A stretch of DNA of 64,000 bases from the NCBI GenBank assembly GCA_016929135.1, contig JAFGJK010000055.1:22275-86274 (forward strand), written 5' to 3'. This stretch comes from Spirochaetota bacterium (GTDB lineage: Bacteria; Spirochaetota; UBA4802; UBA5550). The position numbers were made by a program, and so were the translations under genes. Within the stretch, counting starts at the first letter, position 1. Every line of letters begins with the position of its first letter. The notes under the pieces are model-generated. The model did no database searches and was not told the DNA's origin. It was given only the letters and a program-made list of their open reading frames with translations. Positions 1 through 9,657 of the stretch are shown here, piece by piece.

Positions 1-2
1 CA

Positions 3-1691
3 TTGGCCATAACGGGCGACAAGGAAAAAACGGTTTTCACGTCGAAAGAGCTGATGAACGAGATCGATCTGAAGGAGCCTGGTGAGGTCTTCAATTTCAC
101 CACCTTCATGAAGGACCGGCAAAATATCGCGTTCAAGTACGCGACACAGGGCTATATCTTTGCCAGGGTCATTCCGAAGCAGACAATAAACGAGCGCGAG
201 GTGACCGAGGACGGCTCGAAGGTGACCAGAAAATTTGTGAAGATCGATTATGTGGTCGAGGAGGGCTCGCAGGCCTATGTCGATATGATCATAGTGAAGG
301 GGAATCGAAAAACGAAGGAGAAGGTAATCCGAAGGGAGCTGTTGATCAAGGAGGGGGAACTTTTCGATTCTCGGAAGATGCAGCTGTCGCGAGAAAGGGT
401 GTACAACCTGGGCTTTTTCAAGGAGGTCAATATCGACGTGCGACCCGGCAGCAGGGAGGGGTACATGAACCTGGTGGTGGACGTGGAGGAGCAGCCCACA
501 GGCACGATATCCCTGGGCGGGGGATACGGCACCACCTCGGGATTCTCGATCTTCGCCGACGTGAGCGAGAACAACCTTCTGGGGAACGGCCAGAAGGTGG
601 GGGTCAAGTTCGAATACGGCCCCCTGCGGAGCTCCGTTACGGTCTCCTTCACCGAGCGGTGGCTGATGAATTACCCGGTCAGTTTCAATGCGGCGGTATT
701 CTATTACCTCTACACCATAGAGACCACGTCGATCTTCTCCACCTATACCGATGAGGAGGCGACATATAAAAAGCAGTCCTTCGGGTACTCGCTGGGGCTG
801 AGCTATCGTTTCTGGAATTATTACGCCATCGGTATGACATGGACGCAGGCCTTCAAGAAAATCCTCGATCCCACGGGGGACAGCAGCGACGAGGTGTTCA
901 GAGCGGTAGCACTGGGCAGGGAGGAGAGCCGCACCATCGGTTTCTATATCGCCCATGATTCCCGCGACAACTACCTCAATCCGACGCGAGGGCTCCAGAT
1001 GGAGCTGTTGGTGGAATTTACCGGCGGCATACTGTTGGGGGGGGATGACCACTATATCAGGTACACGCCCGAGTTCGATCTCTTCTTCTCTTTCTTCCAT
1101 CTGCCGTTTCTCAGGAGCCATCCGGTCGTGTTTGAAGTGCGGGGCAACGCCACCTTTATGACTCCGCCCTGGTGGCGTGCCACGGTGACCAGGAACCACA
1201 ATTATCTGCGCAACGAATGGCTACCGCAGGAGAACAGACTGGTAATGGGGGGACCCGAGACCCTCAGGGGATGGGACTATCTCGACAGCGATTTCCCCTT
1301 TTCCTGGCGATATATCGGCCTCTTTCACAGGATCCTCTACGGTGTCGAGATACGGGTACCACTCCATCCCCAGATGCTGTGGATGGCCTTTTTCTTCGAT
1401 GCCGGCGCGCTCTTCAATGACCGGTACTGGATGCGGCAGCTGAGCACCGAATACCAGGAGTATCTCCTGACCGACATGACAAACCGGGATCTGATGTTCC
1501 TGGACCAGATGTGGGGCAGGCGAAACAGGCTGATGTCCTACTTCAGGTATTCCTACGGCTTCGGGTTCAGGATCCAGATACCCATGATGCCACTGCGCTT
1601 CTGGTTCGGCAGGAAACTGGAGTATGATGGCGGTTTCAAAAGCATCGGCGGCTTCAATTTCCAGTTCGCCATCGGGGACATGAGGTACTGA
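3..1691 (+). CDS. bamA: Outer membrane protein assembly factor BamA (Omp85 family), 5'-truncated at the window edge
   Basis: The ORF is open at the left edge. A POTRA-like segment (VIRRELLIKEGELFDSRKMQLSRERVYNLGFFKEV) is followed by a long Gly/aromatic-rich beta-barrel with an aromatic C-terminus (FQFAIGDMRY). A skp-like gene follows with a TGATG stop/start overlap, the classic bamA-skp order. Confidence 0.85.
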   Translation: MAITGDKEKTVFTSKELMNEIDLKEPGEVFNFTTFMKDRQNIAFKYATQGYIFARVIPKQTINEREVTEDGSKVTRKFVKIDYVVEEGSQAYVDMIIVKGNRKTKEKVIRRELLIKEGELFDSRKMQLSRERVYNLGFFKEVNIDVRPGSREGYMNLVVDVEEQPTGTISLGGGYGTTSGFSIFADVSENNLLGNGQKVGVKFEYGPLRSSVTVSFTERWLMNYPVSFNAAVFYYLYTIETTSIFSTYTDEEATYKKQSFGYSLGLSYRFWNYYAIGMTWTQAFKKILDPTGDSSDEVFRAVALGREESRTIGFYIAHDSRDNYLNPTRGLQMELLVEFTGGILLGGDDHYIRYTPEFDLFFSFFHLPFLRSHPVVFEVRGNATFMTPPWWRATVTRNHNYLRNEWLPQENRLVMGGPETLRGWDYLDSDFPFSWRYIGLFHRILYGVEIRVPLHPQMLWMAFFFDAGALFNDRYWMRQLSTEYQEYLLTDMTNRDLMFLDQMWGRRNRLMSYFRYSYGFGFRIQIPMMPLRFWFGRKLEYDGGFKSIGGFNFQFAIGDMRY

Positions 1692-2194
1692 TGCCCTACC
1701 GACTCAGGATCATCGCGCTGGTCCTCTCGGGGATCGGCCTCCTGTCCTGCTCGTTATTTCCGGGAAGGACCAGGACCCCCGAGGCACCTCCGGTGATCCG
1801 GTACGTGAACCTGAAATTCATCTATGATTATTTCATCAATCAGAGCAATGACGCCAGGGAGCTCGCGCAGAGAAAAGCCGCAGCGATAGAGGCCATACGG
1901 AAAATAGAGATGCAGATGAAGGAACCGAACGCCAATATGCCCGAGCTCATGTTGAACCACCAGCGGCAGAAATATACCTACCAGGTTCTTGAGAAGCAGG
2001 AGGAGGAGCACAAGCAGAGGATATCCCAGCGGATACAGAGAGCCCTCGGTGATCTTGCCGAGGACATGGGTGCCGATTACATCCTCAACATCGGCGATGA
2101 AGTGATTTATGCGAAAAAGAGGTACGATGTCACCGAACAGGTGATTCGTGAGGTGGTCGATCTCGGGAAAAGAAGCGAGCCTGTCTCGCGATAG
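1691..2194 (+). CDS. Skp/OmpH-like periplasmic chaperone (putative)
   Basis: 167 aa with an N-terminal signal/lipoprotein-like segment (LLSCS) and a K/E/Q-rich helical body. Its start codon overlaps the bamA stop. The call rests on position and composition, not a clear motif. Confidence 0.5.
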   Translation: MPYRLRIIALVLSGIGLLSCSLFPGRTRTPEAPPVIRYVNLKFIYDYFINQSNDARELAQRKAAAIEAIRKIEMQMKEPNANMPELMLNHQRQKYTYQVLEKQEEEHKQRISQRIQRALGDLAEDMGADYILNIGDEVIYAKKRYDVTEQVIREVVDLGKRSEPVSR

Positions 2195-2206
2195 GAGCAG
2201 TGTGCG

Positions 2207-2893
2207 ATGGTATCCAGATGGACAGTAATTGTACTCATCATATCCGTCCTGTCCCTGCCGGCAGCCCGGTGTTCCGGACAGGAGAGCGAGGAGACCCTCG
2301 TCCGGCGTGCCTTCGAGGATTTCAAGGGACCCTACGTCATCCTCGTGCGCAAGAGGGATTTTTCGCTCGATATAGTCGGCAGGGACCTTGCAGCGGTGGC
2401 CCACTACAGGATAGGTTACGGCAGGAATCCGGACGGCAAGACGAAGCTGCACGAGGGTGACAACAGAACACCCGAGGGGACATATCGGATCGTTGAGATC
2501 CTCAGCATGGATGCGGACAAAAAGACCAACGCCTACGCAAAGCTCGCTGCGATGAACAGGGTTTTTTTCAGGGCAAAGGATGGGCACAGCAAGTTCGGAA
2601 AGCCTGAGGAGGATATGGGGGACAATGCCTACGGACCCCGGTTTTTCCTGTTGAATTACCCCAACGAGGGGGACAGGGAGCGTTACCGGAAGGCCCTCAG
2701 GGAGGGAACAATCGAGAAGGTGAAGGGGAAGATACCCGGAATCGGCTTCGGCATCGCCATACACGGAAACAACGACGAACCCTCTATCGGCAATCTCTGT
2801 ACCAGTGGCTGCGTGCGGATGTACAACAGCGATATCGTGGAGCTGGACCAGTACGTGCAGATCGGTACGCCGGTAATAATAATGGGCAGGTGA
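2207..2893 (+). CDS. L,D-transpeptidase (YkuD domain) protein
   Basis: Signal peptide. The C-terminal HGNNDEPSIGNLCTSGCVRMYNSD matches the YkuD catalytic His...(S/T)xGC(I/V)R(M/L) signature. Confidence 0.8.
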   Translation: MVSRWTVIVLIISVLSLPAARCSGQESEETLVRRAFEDFKGPYVILVRKRDFSLDIVGRDLAAVAHYRIGYGRNPDGKTKLHEGDNRTPEGTYRIVEILSMDADKKTNAYAKLAAMNRVFFRAKDGHSKFGKPEEDMGDNAYGPRFFLLNYPNEGDRERYRKALREGTIEKVKGKIPGIGFGIAIHGNNDEPSIGNLCTSGCVRMYNSDIVELDQYVQIGTPVIIMGR

Positions 2894-2902
2894 ATTAATA
2901 GG

Positions 2903-2930
2903 TTGACACGTAAAACCCGGATTGTAAATA
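2903..2930 (+). promoter_or_regulatory. Candidate sigma70-type promoter for yajC-secDF
   Basis: TTGACA (2903-2908), 16-nt spacer, TAAATA (2925-2930), in the 73-nt gap upstream of yajC. The -10 element is weak. Confidence 0.3.
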
Positions 2931-2966
2931 CTGTCGTTGATTTTTTATAAGGGGGCAATTACACTA

Positions 2967-3278
2967 ATGATTGAATATGCATTTGCGCAGGGACAGGCAG
3001 CCGGGAGCTCCGGCACCGGTTCGTCATTAATCAGCTTCATCCCGATCGTGCTGATGATCGTTATTTTCTATTTCCTTCTCATACGGCCGCAGCAGAAAAA
3101 GGAGAAGGATCGGAAGAGCATGATATCAGCCCTGAAGAAGGGGGACCGAGTACTAACCGCGGGAGGGATTTACGGAGTGGTCGATTCCTTTAAAGAGGGC
3201 GACATAGTCATCGTAAAGATCGCAAATAACACGAAAGTTGAAGTAAGCAAAAACGCGGTGCAGCTCAAGGTTTCCTGA
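2967..3278 (+). CDS. yajC: Preprotein translocase subunit YajC
   Basis: Single TM followed by IRPQQKKEKDRKSMISALKKGDRVLTAGGIYGVV, the typical YajC core. It lies immediately upstream of secDF. I prefer ATG 2967 (AAGGGGG upstream) over the track's TTG at 2937. Confidence 0.85.
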   Translation: MIEYAFAQGQAAGSSGTGSSLISFIPIVLMIVIFYFLLIRPQQKKEKDRKSMISALKKGDRVLTAGGIYGVVDSFKEGDIVIVKIANNTKVEVSKNAVQLKVS

Positions 3279-3288
3279 AATAGCAGAG

Positions 3289-3888
3289 ATGTTACGTAAA
3301 GCCATATTTATCGTCGCTGTAATGATATGTGTCGGCTACGGTTTTCTGCTCACAGCACAGGATGCGGGAACCGGGATTTCCCCTCCGGGGGAGCAGACAG
3401 CGCAGGACGTAAGGGAACCGGCGGCTGATAGGGCGGCGGAGGCGCCTGCGGAGAAGGTGGAGCCTGCCGCAGCGACGAAGCAGGAGAAGAAAGAGACCAG
3501 GCAGACCAGAAAGAAAGAGGAAAGACGTACCGAGGCTGACAACGCTGCCAAGGACCCGGCGGTGAAGGAGGAGAGCGAAGCCCCCCCCTTCGTCAGCAAG
3601 GGGCTTCTCATGGTTGACGAGGGTGATGAGCCTCTGCGCCGAATTCCCGACATCGTCCTGCCGAAAAGAAGGGGTGCCGCAGAGGATTCCATCGTCCACA
3701 TCCCGGGCGACGAGCAGCAAAAGAACGGCGAGCAAGAACATCGCGGTTTCATGGGAATGAGCGACGATACGGCCAAGACCGCGGCCAAGGTTTCCATAGT
3801 AATTCTAATCTTCGTCATCTATCTGCTGTACAGGATGAGGTCGAAGGGATCCCGCAGACGCGTTGTGAGAACCTTCCCCAAGAAATAA
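3289..3888 (+). CDS. Hypothetical low-complexity membrane protein (signal peptide, acidic/lysine-rich spacer, C-terminal TM)
   Basis: N-terminal hydrophobic signal (IFIVAVMICVGYGFLL), an A/E/K/P-rich middle, and a C-terminal TM (VSIVILIFVIYLLY) followed by a basic tail. It is wedged between yajC and secD. No recognisable domain. Confidence 0.5.
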   Translation: MLRKAIFIVAVMICVGYGFLLTAQDAGTGISPPGEQTAQDVREPAADRAAEAPAEKVEPAAATKQEKKETRQTRKKEERRTEADNAAKDPAVKEESEAPPFVSKGLLMVDEGDEPLRRIPDIVLPKRRGAAEDSIVHIPGDEQQKNGEQEHRGFMGMSDDTAKTAAKVSIVILIFVIYLLYRMRSKGSRRRVVRTFPKK

Positions 3889-3908
3889 TACCGGTCGAGG
3901 AATGTCTG

Positions 3909-5567
3909 ATGACAAGAGGCATGATATATAAATTAATCTTCATTGTTTCTATTATACTGTTTGCCGTCGTGCTCATACTGCCAACCTTCGGTGAAAAGAG
4001 GATGCGGATCAATTTCATGAAGGATTCGACCCCCGAACAGATACAGGCGGTAAAGCACCGATTCCCTTCAGCCTCCTATACGCTGGCTGACGAACAGGAT
4101 TATTCCTTCACTGTTGTCGGGAGCAATCTGACCGATGCGATAATGAACGAGGTGCGGACCTTCCCCGGAGTAAAGGACGTCTCCTTTGCCAAGCATTGGG
4201 CCGAGGATCTCGTAATGGCCCGTAAGATCAACCTGGGGCTTGACCTTCAGGGGGGCATGCAGGTCACGCTGAGGGCCGATTTCGATAAGATAGCCAAGCT
4301 GAGCGGAAAGAGTCTGACCGACAGCGAAAAGACCGAGCTCACGCAGCAGGCGCTGGAGCTGCTGAGAAACAGGATCGACAAGTTCGGCGTGGCCGAGCCC
4401 TCGATCAGACCGGCGGGGAACCAGGCCATCGAGATACAGCTTCCCGGCGTGAAGAACCCGGGGATGGTCAGGGAGCTCATCGGGAAGGTCGGCAAGGTGG
4501 ATTACCGGATCGTGGATGATGTTTTTTCCAAACGGGCATCGGATTGGGTGCAGGTCCATTACAGCCAGGATAAACTCCCCAACGATGAGATCGAGCTGGC
4601 CGATCTGGGGGATAAGATAGCGCAGGGGATCGAGCTTCCGGAGACCCTCGAGGTGCTGTTCTATTTCGACCGGCCGGAGGGGACCACCAAGCTCGTCCCC
4701 ACCTATCCGCTCGTTCTGAACAGGGAGATATCACTTGCAGGTGCCGACATCAAGAAGGCATGGGTTGATACTGACGAGATGGAGGGGCTGGTGGTTCACT
4801 TTGTCACCACACCTGAGGGAGCCGTGAAATTCGCGGATGTCACCTCGAAGAAAAACCGCGACAAGCGTATGGCCATCGTCATCGACCGGAAGATACGGAG
4901 CGCCCCGGCGATCAAGAATCAGATTACCGGCGGGAGCGCACAAATCACCGGTAACTTCAGCCAGGAGGAGGTGCGCTCCCTGGCGCGGATCATCAATGAG
5001 GGAGCACTCCCGGTGGACCTTCAATTCATCGAGGAACGGACCGTGGGACCGTCCCTGGGACAGGATTCCATCGAGTCGGGGATGCGCGGTCTCCTGGTGG
5101 CGAGTGCCATCGTGATGCTCTTCATGCTGGGATACTACAAGCTGGCGGGCATCATCGCGAACATCGGCCTCGTGCTGAACATCATGTTCCAGATGGCGAT
5201 ACTCTCCTGGCTCGGCTTCACCCTGACCCTGCCGGGCATCGCCGGCCTGATTCTCACCATAGGAATGGCGGTCGATGCGAACGTGATCATCTACGAGCGC
5301 GTCAAGGAGGAGCTTCGGGACGGCAAGTCGGTGAGGATGTCCATCGTGCACGGTTTCGAAAGGGCCTTCTGGACCATCTTCGACTCAAACCTCACCACGA
5401 TGATCGCGGCCTTCATACTGCTCCAGTACGGTACGGGCCCGATCAAGGGGTTCGCCGTGACGCTTTTCATCGGACTGATCTCCAGCATGTTCGTCGCGCT
5501 GTACATCACCCGTTATGTGTATGACCTCATCTCGCTCAACAAGAAACTGAAGAAGCTGAGCATATAA
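3909..5567 (+). CDS. secD: Protein translocase subunit SecD
   Basis: N-terminal TM, a large periplasmic domain with LGLDLQGGM, and a C-terminal 5-TM SecD/SecF export-membrane block (LTLPGIAGLILTIGMAVDANVIIYERVKEE). Confidence 0.9.
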   Translation: MTRGMIYKLIFIVSIILFAVVLILPTFGEKRMRINFMKDSTPEQIQAVKHRFPSASYTLADEQDYSFTVVGSNLTDAIMNEVRTFPGVKDVSFAKHWAEDLVMARKINLGLDLQGGMQVTLRADFDKIAKLSGKSLTDSEKTELTQQALELLRNRIDKFGVAEPSIRPAGNQAIEIQLPGVKNPGMVRELIGKVGKVDYRIVDDVFSKRASDWVQVHYSQDKLPNDEIELADLGDKIAQGIELPETLEVLFYFDRPEGTTKLVPTYPLVLNREISLAGADIKKAWVDTDEMEGLVVHFVTTPEGAVKFADVTSKKNRDKRMAIVIDRKIRSAPAIKNQITGGSAQITGNFSQEEVRSLARIINEGALPVDLQFIEERTVGPSLGQDSIESGMRGLLVASAIVMLFMLGYYKLAGIIANIGLVLNIMFQMAILSWLGFTLTLPGIAGLILTIGMAVDANVIIYERVKEELRDGKSVRMSIVHGFERAFWTIFDSNLTTMIAAFILLQYGTGPIKGFAVTLFIGLISSMFVALYITRYVYDLISLNKKLKKLSI

Positions 5568-5578
5568 GGAGCCGATTC

Positions 5579-6454
5579 TTGAAAACGACGATCTCATTCC
5601 TGAAATACCGTTTCGTGGCCGTTGGCTTTTCTATTGCCTTGGGAGTCGCATTCAGCATCGGGACCGCCATAAACGGCGGGTTCAATATGGGGATCGATTT
5701 CGTGGGCGGCGTCAAGGTGACCACGAAATTCGACAGGCACATGGAGGAGGGGGCGATCCGCAGCAGCCTGCAGCAGCTCGATGCCACGGTGCAGCGCATA
5801 GGGCAGGATTCGGCCAACGAGTTCATCATCTCGGTGAAGGGATCATCTACTGATGGGGCGGAGGCCGGTAACGAGCTCACCAACGTGATACAGCAGCGGT
5901 TTACCGGCGTACAACTGCTGAGCGTCGAGACGGTGGGTCCAGCGGTGGGGGCATATCTGAGGAGCTCGATGATCAGGCTCATCATCGCATCGGTGGTGTT
6001 CATGGCGATATATCTCACCTTCAGATTCGAGTTCAAGTATTCCGTGGGCGCCATGGTGGCCCTGGTGCACGACGTCACCCTCTCATACCTCTTCTGCGGC
6101 ATCGCCGGCGTTGAGATCAATGTTCCTATAATCGCCGCGCTGCTCACCATATTCGGGTTCTCGGTGAACGACACGATCGTTATATTCGACAGGATTCGTG
6201 AAAACCTTCGTTTGAAGACCCAGCAGAGCTTTCGCGACGTCATCGACCTTTCGGTGAACCAGTCCCTTTCAAGAACCATCCTCACCTCTCTCACCGTACT
6301 GCTCTCGATCCTGGCGATATACCTTCTGGGGAGCAAGGGATTGAACGATTTTGCGGAGGTGATGCTCTTCGGTACCGTGATAGGTACGTACTCGACGGTA
6401 TATATCGCCTCTCCGGTGGTCATGTACTGGGAGAAGTATGCCAAGAAGAAATAG
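5579..6454 (+). CDS. secF: Protein translocase subunit SecF
   Basis: MGIDFVGGVKV motif and a C-terminal SecD/F TM block (FGFSVNDTIVIFDRIRENL). TTG start 7 nt after AAGGAG. Follows secD directly. Confidence 0.9.
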   Translation: MKTTISFLKYRFVAVGFSIALGVAFSIGTAINGGFNMGIDFVGGVKVTTKFDRHMEEGAIRSSLQQLDATVQRIGQDSANEFIISVKGSSTDGAEAGNELTNVIQQRFTGVQLLSVETVGPAVGAYLRSSMIRLIIASVVFMAIYLTFRFEFKYSVGAMVALVHDVTLSYLFCGIAGVEINVPIIAALLTIFGFSVNDTIVIFDRIRENLRLKTQQSFRDVIDLSVNQSLSRTILTSLTVLLSILAIYLLGSKGLNDFAEVMLFGTVIGTYSTVYIASPVVMYWEKYAKKK

Positions 6455-6494
6455 GCAGTCGACACCCGTCCATCCTGAACGATAATAACGGAGA

Positions 6495-7397
6495 GTGATG
6501 GTGCATGGACGTAACATCCTGTCGTCCACCCTTATCCTGCTGTATCTCGCCACGGTCCTTACAACAGCCGTTGCCGATCCCGTGCCGGAGGAGCACCGGG
6601 CTGCCTCAATCGAACGATTCATACATACACTGATTCACGAGAAGGAATACTACAGGGCCTATGCCGAGCTCACAAGGCTCGGGGCGCTCTATCCCGGATA
6701 TCTGGAATCGCAGCGGATCGGGGTTGCAGGGCTCTATCTCCAGTATCGGGCGGGACGCTTCCGGGATATAACAGCGGCGGGGGGGAGGGCCGTGGAGGGT
6801 CCCCTGGGGCTCATTTTCGTCGCTGACGCCCAGCTGCAAATCGGTCGCTACCGGGAGCTCTTTGCCACCATGCAGCTCCCCGGCTGGTCGGGGTATCTGG
6901 AGAGGGATGATTTTCGTGTTAAGCGGGAGTTCGCCTGCGCCGTTATGCTCGGCGAGTTCAAAAGGGCCGGCGATGCGGCGGCCCGGTTGAAGGAGCCCCT
7001 GAGGGAACGGGGATTTCTCCTTCTCAGGGATTCCGTAGATGCGGCGCATCGCCGGAAGGTCCCCTTCGTTGCCGCGGCCCTTGGTATTGTGCCGGGACTC
7101 GGCTATGTCTACGCCGGACAGGGGTGGACCGGACTACTGGCGTTTCTGGCGGTGACAGTGAACACCCTGGTCTCCTATTTGGCATTCACCTCAGGAAACG
7201 GGGAGATCGGCGCCGTCACGGCGGTGGTGGGGACCTTCCTCTACTCCGGGAGCATCATGGGGGGATATCTTTCGTCACGCAGGTTTAATGAGCGCCTAGA
7301 TGCCGGTATGGGTGAACGCATCCATAATGAGCTTGACCTGGACGGCGATATAGAATGGATTATGAGAAGATACGGGATTGATGACAGACGAGAATAA
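6495..7397 (+). CDS. Hypothetical membrane protein (signal peptide, helical repeat-like region, C-terminal multi-TM segment)
   Basis: 300 aa. The hydrophobic C-terminal half contains GIVPGLGYVYAGQGWTGLLAFLAV. Its 3' end overlaps the ribD start by about 17-20 nt. No family recognised. Confidence 0.5.
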   Translation: MMVHGRNILSSTLILLYLATVLTTAVADPVPEEHRAASIERFIHTLIHEKEYYRAYAELTRLGALYPGYLESQRIGVAGLYLQYRAGRFRDITAAGGRAVEGPLGLIFVADAQLQIGRYRELFATMQLPGWSGYLERDDFRVKREFACAVMLGEFKRAGDAAARLKEPLRERGFLLLRDSVDAAHRRKVPFVAAALGIVPGLGYVYAGQGWTGLLAFLAVTVNTLVSYLAFTSGNGEIGAVTAVVGTFLYSGSIMGGYLSSRRFNERLDAGMGERIHNELDLDGDIEWIMRRYGIDDRRE

Positions 7398-8598
7398 CAG
7401 ACGATTCATGGAGCTCGCCTTTGCCACGGCCTTCCGAAGGCTGGGGAACACATCCCCGAACCCGCCGGTGGGTGCGGTGATCGTCCGGGACGGTGAGATG
7501 GTGGCTCAGGGGGGGACCCTCAGATGCGGTTCAAGCCATGCCGAGGTGGCCGCCCTAGAGGCTGCGGGCGCGGCCTCCAGGGGGGCGGAGATGTTTGTAA
7601 CGCTGGAGCCCTGCTGCCACTACGGGAAAACGCCCCCCTGCACCGAGGCAATCATCAAGGGCGGCATTCACAGGGTCCACATCCCCATGCTGGATCCGAA
7701 TCCCCTGGTGGCCGGCAAAGGCGTCGCCGCGCTCCAGGCCGCGGGGATTGATGTGGTGTTCATGCATGAGATGCGGCATCGGGCGGCAGACATCTACAGG
7801 TCCTTTAAAAAGCTGATACTGAGGAGGAAGCCCTTCGTCATACACAAATGCGCCATGACGATGGACGGAAGGACCGCCACGACGTCAGGTGATTCCCGGT
7901 GGATCACCAGCGAGTATTCCCGGTACATTGTGCATCGGCTGCGGGCGAAGGTGGACGCCGTGATCGTGGGGAAGAATACGCTCCTGCGGGACAATCCGGC
8001 GCTGACGGTGCGCATGGATTCGTTTGACGATCATGTCAGGCGGTTTTTCGAAGATCCGCCCGCGGTTGCGGGAAGGAACAATTTTTTCATCGCCTCGCTT
8101 CTGCGGGAAGATCCGGCGGAATACCGTGATCCCTGCCGGATCGTAATGGGGATGCCGGAGATTGAGGACGCCGGTGCACGCTTTTTCTCTGATGACAATT
8201 ATATTATATTTGAGACGAAAGAGAGGCTCGATGCGATGTCCCGGTCTGCAAGGGGCGGAACGCCGGGAATCGGCAGGAACGTGGTCCCCCTGCGGGGTGG
8301 AACGAAAAGGGACGCGGTGGTACAGGTATTGGAGGAACTGGAGCGCCGGGGGGTCATGCTGATCCTCCTGGAGGGGGGGGCTGCGCTCTCGGGGTCATTC
8401 TTCGATTCGGGGGAGATTGACCAGTACATGTATTTCCTGTCGCCGAGGATCGCGGGAAACGGCCTCCCCGTCATGGCGGCCTCGGGATTCGCTACGATCG
8501 GTGAATCCCTGCCGCTGCACGATCTATCCTATGCGGTGCTGAACGAGGAGATACTCTGCAACGGCTACAGGGACGTCTACAGCTTTGAGATGGTATGA
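7381..8598 (+). CDS. ribD: Bifunctional riboflavin biosynthesis protein RibD (pyrimidine deaminase/uracil reductase)
   Basis: CMP/dCMP-type zinc deaminase motifs HAEVAALEAAG and TLEPCCHYGKTPPC. The C-terminal RibD reductase part contains KCAMTMDGRTA. Confidence 0.9.
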   Translation: MTDENNRRFMELAFATAFRRLGNTSPNPPVGAVIVRDGEMVAQGGTLRCGSSHAEVAALEAAGAASRGAEMFVTLEPCCHYGKTPPCTEAIIKGGIHRVHIPMLDPNPLVAGKGVAALQAAGIDVVFMHEMRHRAADIYRSFKKLILRRKPFVIHKCAMTMDGRTATTSGDSRWITSEYSRYIVHRLRAKVDAVIVGKNTLLRDNPALTVRMDSFDDHVRRFFEDPPAVAGRNNFFIASLLREDPAEYRDPCRIVMGMPEIEDAGARFFSDDNYIIFETKERLDAMSRSARGGTPGIGRNVVPLRGGTKRDAVVQVLEELERRGVMLILLEGGAALSGSFFDSGEIDQYMYFLSPRIAGNGLPVMAASGFATIGESLPLHDLSYAVLNEEILCNGYRDVYSFEMV

Positions 8599-8607
8599 GG
8601 TGGTGGT

Positions 8608-9267
8608 ATGTTTACCGGACTGATCGAAGAGACCGGCACGGTTACCGGCATCCGGCGTGAGGGGGAGGGGCTGGTCCTCACCGTTTCTGCATCGGCCGTG
8701 CTTGATGACATGAGGAGGGGCGATTCGATCTGTATCAACGGTGCATGCCAGACGGTCACAGACCTGGACAAGGTGTCCTTCTCAGTGTTCGTGTCGAGGG
8801 TCACCGCTGATATCACAACGCTGGGGGTAATGGCCAGGGGGGCCAGGGTAAATTTGGAGCGGGCGATGTCGCACCAGTCCAGGTTCGGCGGTCATATCGT
8901 CCAGGGGCACGTGGACGGAACCGGGACGGTACACCGGCTCTCCAGGGATACGAAGGGGCTGACCATAGTCGTTACGGCCGATAAGGGGATCTGCAGATAC
9001 CTGGTGGACAGGGGGTCCGTTGCCGTTGATGGAGTATCGCTCACCGTAGTCGAGGCCGGGCGTGATCGTTTCACCCTGTACCTGATACCAGAGACCATCT
9101 CCGGGACAACCCTGAATTCCCTGAAGACCGGAGACCGCGTGAACATCGAGGTGGACATCCTGGCGAAGTACGTGGAAAGGATGATGACCCGTGGTGATGG
9201 CGGAAAGGATGATGAGGGGGACGGGAGCCTCAGGCGAAAGCTCTATGAAGAGGGCTTCAGCTCCTGA
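8608..9267 (+). CDS. ribE: Riboflavin synthase (alpha chain)
   Basis: Canonical N-terminus MFTGLIEETGTV. Duplicated lumazine-binding repeats (INGACQTV / VDGVSLTV). Confidence 0.9.
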   Translation: MFTGLIEETGTVTGIRREGEGLVLTVSASAVLDDMRRGDSICINGACQTVTDLDKVSFSVFVSRVTADITTLGVMARGARVNLERAMSHQSRFGGHIVQGHVDGTGTVHRLSRDTKGLTIVVTADKGICRYLVDRGSVAVDGVSLTVVEAGRDRFTLYLIPETISGTTLNSLKTGDRVNIEVDILAKYVERMMTRGDGGKDDEGDGSLRRKLYEEGFSS

Positions 9268-9599
9268 TCCATCAGCGCCTGTATCCCCTCCGGCGATTGT
9301 ATCGAGAAGAATGTATCGATCCGCGCCCCCCTGAAGACGTTCATGATCTGATCCTGCAGTCCGTAGAGATGGAGATCGACGCCGCCGCTCCTGGCGAGGT
9401 TTGCGCAGTTCATGAGGATGCCGATCCCCGAGCTGTCGATGAAATCAAGAACCGAAAGGTCCATGAGAATCGTGTTGCACCCCGGCCGGAGAAGCGACTG
9501 GAAGGCGGCCTCGAACCCCTCGGAGCCGTCTATGGTGAGCTTCCCCTGCAGTGACAGACGCCACAGCCCCCTTCGTAATTCACGCTTTTCAATCTTCAT
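9243..9599 (-). CDS. STAS-domain anti-sigma-factor antagonist (SpoIIAA/RsbV-like), copy A
   Basis: 118 aa. The FIDSSGIG motif contains the conserved phosphorylatable Ser. Its 3' end overlaps convergent ribE by 25 nt. Confidence 0.8.
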   Translation of the reverse strand: MKIEKRELRRGLWRLSLQGKLTIDGSEGFEAAFQSLLRPGCNTILMDLSVLDFIDSSGIGILMNCANLARSGGVDLHLYGLQDQIMNVFRGARIDTFFSIQSPEGIQALMDQELKPSS

Positions 9600-9657
9600 G
9601 GTGTATCCCCGCAGGTTAAAATATCATGAATGCCGCGTCGCTCGACGCAGCCGATTC

